32,000 bases of DNA, from positions 466,791 to 498,790 of the forward strand of contig NZ_CP167068.1 in NCBI RefSeq assembly GCF_051055405.1, written 5' to 3'. The DNA is from Hominifimenecus sp. rT4P-3 (GTDB lineage Bacteria; Bacillota; Clostridia; Lachnospirales; Lachnospiraceae). The position numbers were made by a program, and so were the translations under genes. This document shows positions 16,420 through 24,047 of the stretch, piece by piece (the first letter of the stretch is position 1; each line of letters starts with the position of its first letter). Below the pieces are notes generated by a model that had not been told where the DNA came from, did not search any database, and saw nothing but the letters and a program-made list of their open reading frames with translations.

Positions 16420-17481
16420 TTAGATGATCACTACTGGTTTAATTAGATCACGAGGCTTATCTTTCATCAAAAGCAGCGCATCTTCCAGATGATCAAAGCC
16501 CTGGAAGCGATGAGTCAACAGTTTGGAGGTATCGAGACGTCCGGTTTCCATCAGGGAAGCCAGCTTTTCCATGCGGAGCCGCCCGCCGGGCATCAGGCCT
16601 CCGGCAATGGTTTTGTGACCCATGCCGCATCCCCATTCGATTCGAGGAATTTTCACATAATCGCCGGAACCCAAGTAATTTACGTTTCCAATACGTCCGC
16701 CGGGTTTTACCATCTGGACAGCCTGGATAAACGTATCGTTATCGCCGCCGGCGACAATCACTTTATCAACGCCTTTTCCATGAGTCTTTTCCAGGATCTG
16801 CTCTACGATATCGCCTTCTTTATAGTTAATAATATCCGTGGCGCCGTAAGCCTTTGCCACTTCGATGCAGTTTGGACGGGAACCAACCGCATACAGATGA
16901 CTGGCGCCGTGCAGAGCTGCTCCGGCTACCGACATCAGACCGACCGGGCCGATTCCAATGACACACACAGAATCACCAAATTGAACGTCCGCCAGCTCCA
17001 CTCCATGAAAGCCGGTGGGAACCATGTCGCTGAGCATCACGGCATCCGCCGGGTCCAAGCTGTCCGGCAGGATCGCCAGGTTGGCGTCCGCCTCGTTTAC
17101 GTGAAAATATTCTCCGAAAACACCGTCTTTAAAGTTGGAAAATTTCCAACCAGCCAACATGCCGCCGGAGTGCATGGAATATCCATTTTGAGCTTCCAGG
17201 CTTCCCCAATCCGGAGTGATAGCGGGTACGATGACGCGATCTCCAACTTTCAGCGTTTTTACCAGGTTTCCGACTTCTACGATTTCTCCCACCGCTTCAT
17301 GGCCTAAAATCATATCGGTACGCTCGCCGATCGCGCCTTCCCATACGGTATGAATATCGGAAGTGCAGGGCGATACGGCAATGGGTTTTACGATTGCATC
17401 CAGAGGGCCACAGGCAGGCACCTCTTTCTCAATCCAGCCAGTTTTTCCAATCCCAAGCATTGCGAAGCCTTTCATTTTCAT
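16420..17481 (-). CDS. adh: NADP-dependent zinc alcohol dehydrogenase (secondary-alcohol/isopropanol dehydrogenase type)
   Basis: From memory, it aligns end-to-end with the Thermoanaerobacter brockii / Clostridium beijerinckii secondary ADHs: MKGFAML.IGK.GWIEKE.P..GP.DAIV.P.AV.PCTSDIHTV.EGAIGER..MILGHEAVGE.VEVG ... KDKPKDLIKPVVI. The RBS AAGGAGG lies 8 nt upstream. Confidence 0.9.
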   Translation of the reverse strand: MKMKGFAMLGIGKTGWIEKEVPACGPLDAIVKPIAVSPCTSDIHTVWEGAIGERTDMILGHEAVGEIVEVGNLVKTLKVGDRVIVPAITPDWGSLEAQNGYSMHSGGMLAGWKFSNFKDGVFGEYFHVNEADANLAILPDSLDPADAVMLSDMVPTGFHGVELADVQFGDSVCVIGIGPVGLMSVAGAALHGASHLYAVGSRPNCIEVAKAYGATDIINYKEGDIVEQILEKTHGKGVDKVIVAGGDNDTFIQAVQMVKPGGRIGNVNYLGSGDYVKIPRIEWGCGMGHKTIAGGLMPGGRLRMEKLASLMETGRLDTSKLLTHRFQGFDHLEDALLLMKDKPRDLIKPVVII

Positions 17482-17534
17482 CTGTAGATCCTCCTTGATT
17501 GTTATTTTGATAACGTTAACTTATTGGCAAATAC

Positions 17535-17563
17535 ATCATAACTCTTCGTGAACTTTTTGTCAA
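17535..17563 (-). promoter_or_regulatory. Sigma-A promoter of adh
   Basis: Read on the minus strand: TTGACA (17563-17558), a 17-bp spacer, then TATGAT (17540-17535). Confidence 0.6.
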
Positions 17564-17687
17564 TTTAAAATTTTTTGTTTTTGGAATTATTTTCTTGCTT
17601 TCTTTTTGTTGATTCCAAGAATAAGTGGGAATCCATTTATTTTATTATATCCAGGATGTGGAAAAAAATCCGAGAACTTTCCTAAAA

Positions 17688-17933
17688 TGATTCGGTGTCA
17701 AAAGGGCCCTGCATGAAAACGTGTTGGAATATTTTGTAGGGTTTCGGAGCAAGTACTTCTAGGATTTCGGAAATTTGTGAAAAGCACTCACAAAAATAAG
17801 AAACTCGCTGCGCTCAGACAGTCTTATTTTTGTTCATAAGACAAATTCCCGAAATCTAAGAAGTGCTAATGCTCCTGCAAATACAAAATATTCCAACACG
17901 TTTTCATGCAGGGCCCTTTTGACATCCGAATCT
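17688..17933. repeat. 246-bp nested imperfect palindrome (MITE-like element or long hairpin RNA candidate)
   Basis: Perfect 43-nt arms at 17696-17738 and 17882-17924. The middle arms pair only partly. A perfect inner 12-bp stem (17790-17801 with 17822-17833) closes a 20-nt loop. It contains no ORF of 60 aa or more. Confidence 0.85.
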
Positions 17934-17940
17934 TAACGTG

Positions 17941-17981
17941 AGAAAGAACGGTACGCCATGGAGGACGATACCGTTCTTTCT
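17941..17981 (-). terminator. Strong hairpin 38 nt downstream of the hpf stop (probable hpf terminator, no clear U-tract)
   Basis: A perfect 13-bp stem, AGAAAGAACGGTA (17941-17953) with TACCGTTCTTTCT (17969-17981), around a 15-nt loop. Confidence 0.5.
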
Positions 17982-18018
17982 GAGAGAGTAGTTTGCTTTT
18001 GTAAGTTACCGAATATTT

Positions 18019-18546
18019 TTAGAACTCTGGCTCAATCAAACCATAGGTTCCATTTTTCCTTTTATATACGACGTTTACTTGATCGGTATCCGCATCGCGG
18101 AAAACGTAAAAGTTATGTCCAAGCATCTCCATCTGCAGACACGCTTCCTCTGCATCCATTGGTTTGACTGCAAAGCGTTTTGTCTTTACAATCTGAATAC
18201 TTTCTTCTTCTTCATAAGGCTCGTCCGTATATTCTTTTGAAAAACTGGCGGCGCTTTGAGCGGAATCGATCAGTTTATTTTTATATTTTTTCAGTTGCCG
18301 TTCTATGGTTTCCTGTACCAGATCGATGGAAGTATACATATCTTCGCTGACTTCTTCCGCGCGAATGATGCGTCCTTTAACCGGGATGGTAACCTCGATT
18401 TTCTGACGTCCTTTTTCTACGCTCAATGTGACCTGCGCTTCGGTGTCAGAATTAAAATATTTTTCTAGCTTTTTGAGTTTCGTGTCGATGGCTTCCTGGA
18501 GTCCAGGGGTGAGATCGATGTTTTTTCCTGCGACGATAAAACGCAT
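18019..18546 (-). CDS. hpf: Ribosome hibernation promoting factor, long form
   Basis: The N-terminal sigma54-modulation/RaiA fold (MRFIVAGKNIDLTPGLQEAIDTKLKKLEKYF) is joined to the C-terminal dimerisation domain (KTKRFAVKPMDAEEACLQMEMLGHNFYVFRDADT...VVYKRKNGTYGLIEP). ATG at 18546 follows the RBS GGAGA. The track's extension to 18693 is not supported. Confidence 0.92.
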   Translation of the reverse strand: MRFIVAGKNIDLTPGLQEAIDTKLKKLEKYFNSDTEAQVTLSVEKGRQKIEVTIPVKGRIIRAEEVSEDMYTSIDLVQETIERQLKKYKNKLIDSAQSAASFSKEYTDEPYEEEESIQIVKTKRFAVKPMDAEEACLQMEMLGHNFYVFRDADTDQVNVVYKRKNGTYGLIEPEF

Positions 18547-18710
18547 ACAATCATCTCCTTTTCGGCTATTTTTTGTGGAAAACCAGAAAAAAGGACCTTT
18601 TTCTTCCACAGGATTCAAAGGATGTAGTCGGAATCCAAGGTTTTTTGACAAAAAAACGAGAAAATGAAAAGATTCCGTATATAGAGAAAACAAATCCTTT
18701 GATATTTATA

Positions 18711-18738
18711 ATTGTAGCATAAAATCATAAAAAATCAA
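18711..18738 (-). promoter_or_regulatory. Candidate sigma-A promoter of hpf
   Basis: Read on the minus strand: TTGATT (18738-18733), a 16-bp spacer, then TGC-TACAAT (hexamer at 18716-18711). This predicts a leader of roughly 158 nt. T/A-tracts upstream could act as an UP element. Confidence 0.4.
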
Positions 18739-18789
18739 GAAGTAATCCGAAAAAAATCACCAAAAAATTTGTTAAAAAACCAAAAAAAA

Positions 18790-18796
18790 TGTCGAA
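18790..18796 (+). promoter_or_regulatory. Isolated perfect Spo0A box
   Basis: TGTCGAA in the same extended context (TGTCGAAAC) as the box at 352-360. Confidence 0.35.
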
Positions 18797-18824
18797 ACGT
18801 CCACAGGGTAGAGCGGAATAAAAT

Positions 18825-18897
18825 TGTGGATAATGTGGATAACTTCGTGTATAACTCAATTTTAGGCCAAAAATCCGGGAAAGGGCCTTGTGGATAA
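18825..18897 (+). promoter_or_regulatory. Cluster of three perfect DnaA boxes (TGTGGATAA, the reverse complement of TTATCCACA)
   Basis: Boxes at 18825-18833 and 18834-18842 abut directly. A third lies at 18889-18897. All three are in the same orientation. Confidence 0.6.
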
Positions 18898-18961
18898 CTG
18901 GTGATAAGAATGGGGAAAACGGAACCTGTAGCCTATGATTTTGGATGGAGAAAAGAAGTGG

Positions 18962-18990
18962 TTGAATTCAGATTGGTATGATGATACAAT
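18962..18990 (+). promoter_or_regulatory. Candidate sigma-A promoter of secA
   Basis: TTGAAT (18962-18967), a 17-bp spacer, then TGA-TACAAT (hexamer at 18985-18990). Confidence 0.55.
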
Positions 18991-19027
18991 ATACGGTGGT
19001 AAATTTTATGCTAAGGAGTGTAACTCT

Positions 19028-21595
19028 ATGGGCTTAGTACAGAAAATATTTGGGACGCAAAGCGAAAAAGAGCTGAAGCGGATCTCTCCCTTGATAAACA
19101 AGATAGAGAGTCTGCGCCCCCAGATGATGGAAATGTCGGACGAGGGGCTGCGGGCCAAGACACAGGAATTTAAAAAGCGTCTTGGTGAAGGAGAAACTTT
19201 AGACGACTTGTTGCCGGAGGCTTTCGCGGTGGTCCGAGAGGCGGCCAGACGGGTTTTGAATATGGAACCTTACCGAGTGCAGCTGATTGGCGGCGTGGTT
19301 TTGCATCAGGGGCGGATTGCCGAGATGAGAACCGGTGAAGGAAAGACATTGGTTTCCACCCTGCCGGCTTATTTGAATGCGTTAGAGGGAAAGGGCGTTC
19401 ATATTGTAACGGTCAATGATTATTTGGCCAAACGTGACGCGGAATGGATGGGACAGGTCCATGAGTTTTTGGGAGTTACTGTCGGCGTCGTACTGAATTC
19501 GATGACGCCGGAGGAGAGAAAGAAAGCTTATGGCTGCGACATCACCTATGTTACCAACAATGAGCTGGGATTCGATTATCTGCGGGACAATATGGCCATC
19601 TACAAGGAGCAGCTGGTGCTTCGCAATCTCCATTATGCGATTGTAGACGAGGTGGACTCGGTTTTGATCGATGAAGCGAGAACTCCGCTGATTATCTCCG
19701 GGCAGAGCGGAAAGTCCACCAAGCTTTATGAGGTCTGCGATTATCTAGCGCAGCGGCTGGAGCGTGGTGAGGAAACCGAGCTGACCAAGATGGCGGCGAT
19801 CATGAAAGAAGAGCAGAAGGAGAGCGGCGATTTCGTTGTAAACGAAAAAGATAAGCAGGTGAACCTGACGGCGGAGGGCGTTGCCAAGGTAGAAAAATTC
19901 TTTCAGATTGAAAATCTGGCCGATCCGGAAAACCTGGAGATCCAGCACAATATTATTTTGGCTCTCCGGGCGCACAATCTGATGTTCCGGGATAAAGACT
20001 ATGTGGTAAAAGATGACGAGGTTTTAATCGTCGACGAGTTTACCGGCCGTATTATGCCAGGCCGCCGGTATTCCGACGGGCTGCATCAGGCCATTGAGGC
20101 AAAGGAGCATGTGAAGGTAAAGCGGGAGAGCAAGACCTTAGCCACGATCACCTTCCAGAACTTCTTTAATAAGTTTGAGAAAAAAGCTGGTATGACCGGT
20201 ACGGCTATGACCGAGGAAAAGGAATTCCGGGATATCTACGGCATGGATGTCATCGAGATTCCGACGAATAAGCCGGTGGTCCGGAAAGATCATCAGGACG
20301 CGGTATATAAGACGAAAAAGGAAAAACTCCATGCGATTGTGGAGGAGATCGTCTCTTCTCATGAGAAGGGACAGCCCGTGTTGGTTGGTACGATTACCAT
20401 CGAGGCTTCCGAGGAATTGTCGGCTCTGTTAAAGAAGCGTGGAATCCAGCATAACGTATTGAATGCAAAGTTCCACGAACAGGAAGCGCAGATCGTTGCG
20501 GACGCCGGACATCATGGTGCGGTGACCATCGCCACCAATATGGCGGGCCGTGGTACGGATATTAAGCTGGATGAGGACAGCATCGCGGCCGGCGGCTTAA
20601 AGATTATTGGCACGGAGCGTCATGAATCCCGCCGGATCGACAATCAGCTGCGCGGCCGTTCCGGACGTCAGGGAGATCCAGGTGAATCCCAGTTCTTTAT
20701 TTCTCTGGAAGACGATCTGATGCGTCTCTTTGGCGGAGAGCGGATGCTCAATATGTTCAACACCTTGAAGGTGCCGGACAATGAGCAGATTCAGCACAAG
20801 ATGCTTTCCGGAGCCATCGAGAAGGCTCAGAAAAAGATCGAAGGAAATAACTTTGGCATTCGGAAACAGTTACTGGATTATGACCAAGTTATGAATGAAC
20901 AGCGTGAGATCATTTACGATGAACGCCGCAGCGTCCTGAATGGAGAGAGCATGCGTGACGTGGTCATGAAGATGATCAGCGATGTGACGGAACATATCGT
21001 AGATATGTGTATTTCGGAGGAGCAGACCCCGGATCAGTGGGATATGAACGAGCTGAATTCTCTGCTGCTTCCAATTTTCCCGATGCGGGCGGTGGTTTTA
21101 AGCGATGAGCAGAAGAAGACGTACAAGAAAGCAGATCTGATGCAATCCTTAAAACAGCAAACGGTGAAACTCTATGAGGCGAAGGAAGCAGAATTTGCGG
21201 ATCCGGAACAGATTCGTGAGATCGAGCGCGTGGTTTTGCTGAAAGTGATCGACCGCCGTTGGATGGATCACATCGACGATATGGAGCAGCTGCGCCAGGG
21301 AATTGGCCTGCAGGCTTATGGCCAGAGAGATCCTCTGGTTGAGTATAAGATGGCCGGTTACGATATGTTTGATCAAATGACGGCCTCCATCGAGGAAGAT
21401 ACGGTTCGTCTGCTGCTGCATATTCGGTTGGAGCAGAAAGTAGAGCGGGAACAGGTTGCAAAGGCGACTGGAACTAACCGGGACGACAGTCTCCCCAAGG
21501 GACCCAAGAGAAGAGACGAGAAAAAGGTCTATCCCAATGACCCGTGCCCTTGCGGTTCGGGCAAAAAATATAAACAATGCTGTGGCAGAAAGTAG
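19028..21595 (+). CDS. secA: Preprotein translocase ATPase SecA
   Basis: ATG at 19028 ([18 protein letters not shown]) follows the RBS AAGGAG. It has the DEAD-like motor ([14 protein letters not shown]), the PPXD and HSD domains, and the C-terminal zinc finger [14 protein letters not shown]. Confidence 0.96.
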   Translation: MGLVQKIFGTQSEKELKRISPLINKIESLRPQMMEMSDEGLRAKTQEFKKRLGEGETLDDLLPEAFAVVREAARRVLNMEPYRVQLIGGVVLHQGRIAEMRTGEGKTLVSTLPAYLNALEGKGVHIVTVNDYLAKRDAEWMGQVHEFLGVTVGVVLNSMTPEERKKAYGCDITYVTNNELGFDYLRDNMAIYKEQLVLRNLHYAIVDEVDSVLIDEARTPLIISGQSGKSTKLYEVCDYLAQRLERGEETELTKMAAIMKEEQKESGDFVVNEKDKQVNLTAEGVAKVEKFFQIENLADPENLEIQHNIILALRAHNLMFRDKDYVVKDDEVLIVDEFTGRIMPGRRYSDGLHQAIEAKEHVKVKRESKTLATITFQNFFNKFEKKAGMTGTAMTEEKEFRDIYGMDVIEIPTNKPVVRKDHQDAVYKTKKEKLHAIVEEIVSSHEKGQPVLVGTITIEASEELSALLKKRGIQHNVLNAKFHEQEAQIVADAGHHGAVTIATNMAGRGTDIKLDEDSIAAGGLKIIGTERHESRRIDNQLRGRSGRQGDPGESQFFISLEDDLMRLFGGERMLNMFNTLKVPDNEQIQHKMLSGAIEKAQKKIEGNNFGIRKQLLDYDQVMNEQREIIYDERRSVLNGESMRDVVMKMISDVTEHIVDMCISEEQTPDQWDMNELNSLLLPIFPMRAVVLSDEQKKTYKKADLMQSLKQQTVKLYEAKEAEFADPEQIREIERVVLLKVIDRRWMDHIDDMEQLRQGIGLQAYGQRDPLVEYKMAGYDMFDQMTASIEEDTVRLLLHIRLEQKVEREQVAKATGTNRDDSLPKGPKRRDEKKVYPNDPCPCGSGKKYKQCCGRK

Positions 21596-21604
21596 GTGAC
21601 ATTA

Positions 21605-22715
21605 ATGGTTGAATTGGACCAGTACAAAGTAAATCTGGCCGCCTGTGCCCAGCCGTTAATCGAAGTGAGGGATTCACTTTGACCTGGCTGGCAAAGAAAA
21701 CCGGATTGCAGAATTAGAGAGAATAATGGAAGAGCCGTCCTTCTGGGAGGACGCGGAGAAGTCCAGCAAGACCATGCAGGAGCTAAAAAGCCTAAAGTCG
21801 GTGGTGGATACCTGCACGGAGCTTCAGACCAAATATGAGGATTTGGAGACTTTGATCGAGATGGCCTATGAGGAGGAGGACGAGAGTCTGATTCCGGAGA
21901 TAGGCGAAGAGCTGGACGCCTTTATGAAGCGGTTGGACGATATGCGTATCAGTACGCTGCTGTCCGGCGAATATGATAAGAACAATGCGATTTTGACTCT
22001 CCACGCCGGAGCCGGGGGAACGGAGGCCTGCGACTGGTCGGGGATGCTCTACCGGATGTATACGCGCTGGGCGGAAAAACGAGGATTTGCCATCGAGGTG
22101 CTGGATTATCTGGACGGCGAGGAAGCGGGAGTCAAGTCGGTGACGATTCAGGTCAACGGTCTGAACGCTTACGGTTACCTGAAATCAGAGAAAGGAGTAC
22201 ACCGTCTGGTTCGTATTTCCCCCTTTAATGCGGCGGGAAAGAGGCAGACTTCCTTTGTGTCCTGCGATGTAATGCCGGATATCGAGGATGACATCGACAT
22301 TGAAATTCGGGATGAGGATATTCGGATTGATACGTACCGTTCCAGCGGAGCCGGCGGACAGCATATCAACAAAACGTCTTCGGCGATCCGGATTACCCAC
22401 TATCCCACCGGGATTGTGGTTCAGTGCCAGAATGAGCGGTCCCAGTTCCAAAACAAGGATAAAGCCATGCAGATGTTAAAGGCGAAGCTGTATCTTCTGA
22501 AGCAGCAGGAGCAGGCGGAGAAAGCCTCAGGAATCCGGGGCGAGGTTTCGGACATCAGCTGGGGCAACCAGATTCGCTCGTATGTCTTGCAGCCCTACAC
22601 CATGGTGAAGGATCACCGGACAGAGGTGGAAACTGGAAACGTAAACAGCGTTTTGGACGGAAATATTGATCTTTTTATCAATGGATATTTAAAATGGTGC
22701 AATCTGTCGCGTTAA
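21605..22715 (+). CDS. prfB: Peptide chain release factor 2, expressed through a programmed +1 frameshift at 21677-21683
   Basis: ORF0 runs from ATG 21605 (MVELDQYKVNLAACAQPLIEVRDSL) to an in-frame TGA at 21680-21682. Slipping +1 on CTT_T joins GAC at 21681, in the frame of the track ORF 21726-22715. The RF2-specific SPF motif and GGQ (SGAGGQHINK) are both present. Confidence 0.93.
21668..21683 (+). other. RF2 autoregulatory recoding site
   Basis: An SD-like AGGGA (21668-21672) is followed 4 nt later by CTT TGA C (21677-21683). Confidence 0.85.
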
Positions 22716-22741
22716 AGTAGAGAACAGGCGGTTGCGTCCGG

Positions 22742-22770
22742 AGAAAATGTGTGCTAATATTTGAGATTAG
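22742..22770 (+). promoter_or_regulatory. Candidate sigma-A promoter of the hom operon
   Basis: TTGCGT (22742-22747), a 17-bp spacer, then TGC-TAATAT (hexamer at 22765-22770). A small GCTAAT/ATTAGC inverted repeat overlaps the -10 hexamer and the predicted TSS. Confidence 0.5.
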
Positions 22771-22799
22771 CAGGAAGAAACAGGAAAGGAATGAACGCC

Positions 22800-24011
22800 A
22801 TGCGGCAGATAGCGATTATGGGTTTCGGAACCATCGGATCCGGCGCCTTTGATGTAGTAAATACGAATCGTGAGATCATCAAAAAGAACCTGGGTGAGGA
22901 GCTTCAGGTAAAGTATGTATTGGATATTCGGGAATTTCCAGGTCAGCCGGTAGAAAAAGTGCTGGTTCATGATGTGGATACGATTATGAATGATCCAGAA
23001 GTGGATGTGGTTGTCGAGACCATGGGCGGCTTAGAGCCGGCGTTTACTTTTGTAAAAAAGGCCTTGGAAGCAGGAAAGAGCGTCGTCACTTCCAATAAAG
23101 AACTGGTGGCCAAAAAAGGTGTGGAGCTGATGGCTGTGGCGAAAGCGAAGAACGTCAACTTCTTCTTCGGCGCCAGCGTGGGCGGTGGGATCCCGATTAT
23201 CCGTCCGCTGCTTCGGAGCCTTAGCGCGGATGACATCGATCAGGTTTCAGGAATTTTAAATGGAACGACGAATTATATCCTGACCAAGATGGACCGGGAA
23301 GGAACTTCTTTTGAAGCTGCTTTAAAGGAAGCCCAGGATAATGGTTTTGCGGAAAGAAAGCCGGAGGCGGACGTGGAAGGCTACGATGCCTGCCGGAAGA
23401 TTGCGATCCTCAGTTCCATTGTAGAAGGCAAATTTGTGGACTTTGAGGATATTTATACCGAGGGTATCACAAAGATTACCAGTGAGGATTTCGAGTATGC
23501 CAGACAACTTGGCTGGGCCATCAAGCTTTTGGCGAGCAGTTGGAAGGAACAGGGACATCGGTATGCCATGGTATCTCCTGTGTTGGTAAAGCCGGAGAAT
23601 CCTTTGTACGCCGTGAACGATGTATTCAACGCGATTTTGGTCCATGGAAATATGGTGGACAATGTGATGTTTTATGGCCGTGGAGCCGGTTCTCATGCGA
23701 CGGCCAGTGCGGTAATGGCCGATGTGGTGGAAGCAGTAAAACATCTGGGTGAGAATATCTATGCCGGATGGAGCGAGGAAAAGCGAGAGCTCTCCGATAT
23801 CTCTATGTCAGAAAAGCAATTTTTGATCCGTGTCAAAGGGGACGTCTCCCGGCAGTCGGAATTGGCCACAAAGTTTGGCGCTGGCCAGCTGATCGATGCG
23901 GATGTGGCCGGTGAGATCGGATATTTGACGCCGGTGCTCAGTGAAAAAGCCTTTGAGGCCGCAGCGGCAAAGACGGAAGGCATTCTGCAGCGGATTCGGG
24001 TGCAGGCTTGA
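22800..24011 (+). CDS. hom: Homoserine dehydrogenase with a C-terminal ACT domain
   Basis: NAD-binding motif IAIMGFGTIGSG, the catalytic-domain motif (ILNGTTNYILT...EADVEGYDA..K) and an ACT-like tail. I prefer ATG 22800 over 22791. The track's start at 22761 lies inside the promoter. Confidence 0.9.
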   Translation: MRQIAIMGFGTIGSGAFDVVNTNREIIKKNLGEELQVKYVLDIREFPGQPVEKVLVHDVDTIMNDPEVDVVVETMGGLEPAFTFVKKALEAGKSVVTSNKELVAKKGVELMAVAKAKNVNFFFGASVGGGIPIIRPLLRSLSADDIDQVSGILNGTTNYILTKMDREGTSFEAALKEAQDNGFAERKPEADVEGYDACRKIAILSSIVEGKFVDFEDIYTEGITKITSEDFEYARQLGWAIKLLASSWKEQGHRYAMVSPVLVKPENPLYAVNDVFNAILVHGNMVDNVMFYGRGAGSHATASAVMADVVEAVKHLGENIYAGWSEEKRELSDISMSEKQFLIRVKGDVSRQSELATKFGAGQLIDADVAGEIGYLTPVLSEKAFEAAAAKTEGILQRIRVQA

Positions 24012-24047
24012 CGGGATTTACCGGTATAGATGAGGAGATAGAAAGCT

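Noticed and set aside
16489-17307. 272-aa ORF antisense to adh
   Set aside because: The opposite frame encodes a full-length, highly recognisable zinc ADH. The antisense product has no motifs or RBS.
17688-17933. The palindrome as a CRISPR fragment, retron msr-msd, or IS element
   Set aside because: It has no repeat-spacer periodicity and no reverse transcriptase, cas gene or transposase ORF in or near it. The structure is one symmetric hairpin, not a direct-repeat array.
18721-18897. Possibility that the DnaA-box cluster is the chromosomal origin oriC
   Set aside because: No dnaA, dnaN or rpmH genes flank it. There are only three strong boxes, and I cannot identify a convincing DnaA-trio/DUE arrangement. 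I treat it as an extra-origin cluster until a whole-genome scan is done.
18935-19027. N-terminal extension of the secA ORF (MILDGEKKW...), and likewise hpf 18547-18693 and hom 22761-22799
   Set aside because: The extensions overlap promoter elements and lack RBSs. The canonical N-termini (MGLVQKIF..., MRFIVAGKNI..., MRQIAIMGFG...) each follow a good SD.
22716-22799. T-box, lysine or threonine-type leader control upstream of the hom operon
   Set aside because: The distance from the predicted -10 hexamer to the start codon is only about 25-30 nt, too short for any known riboswitch, T-box or leader-peptide attenuator.
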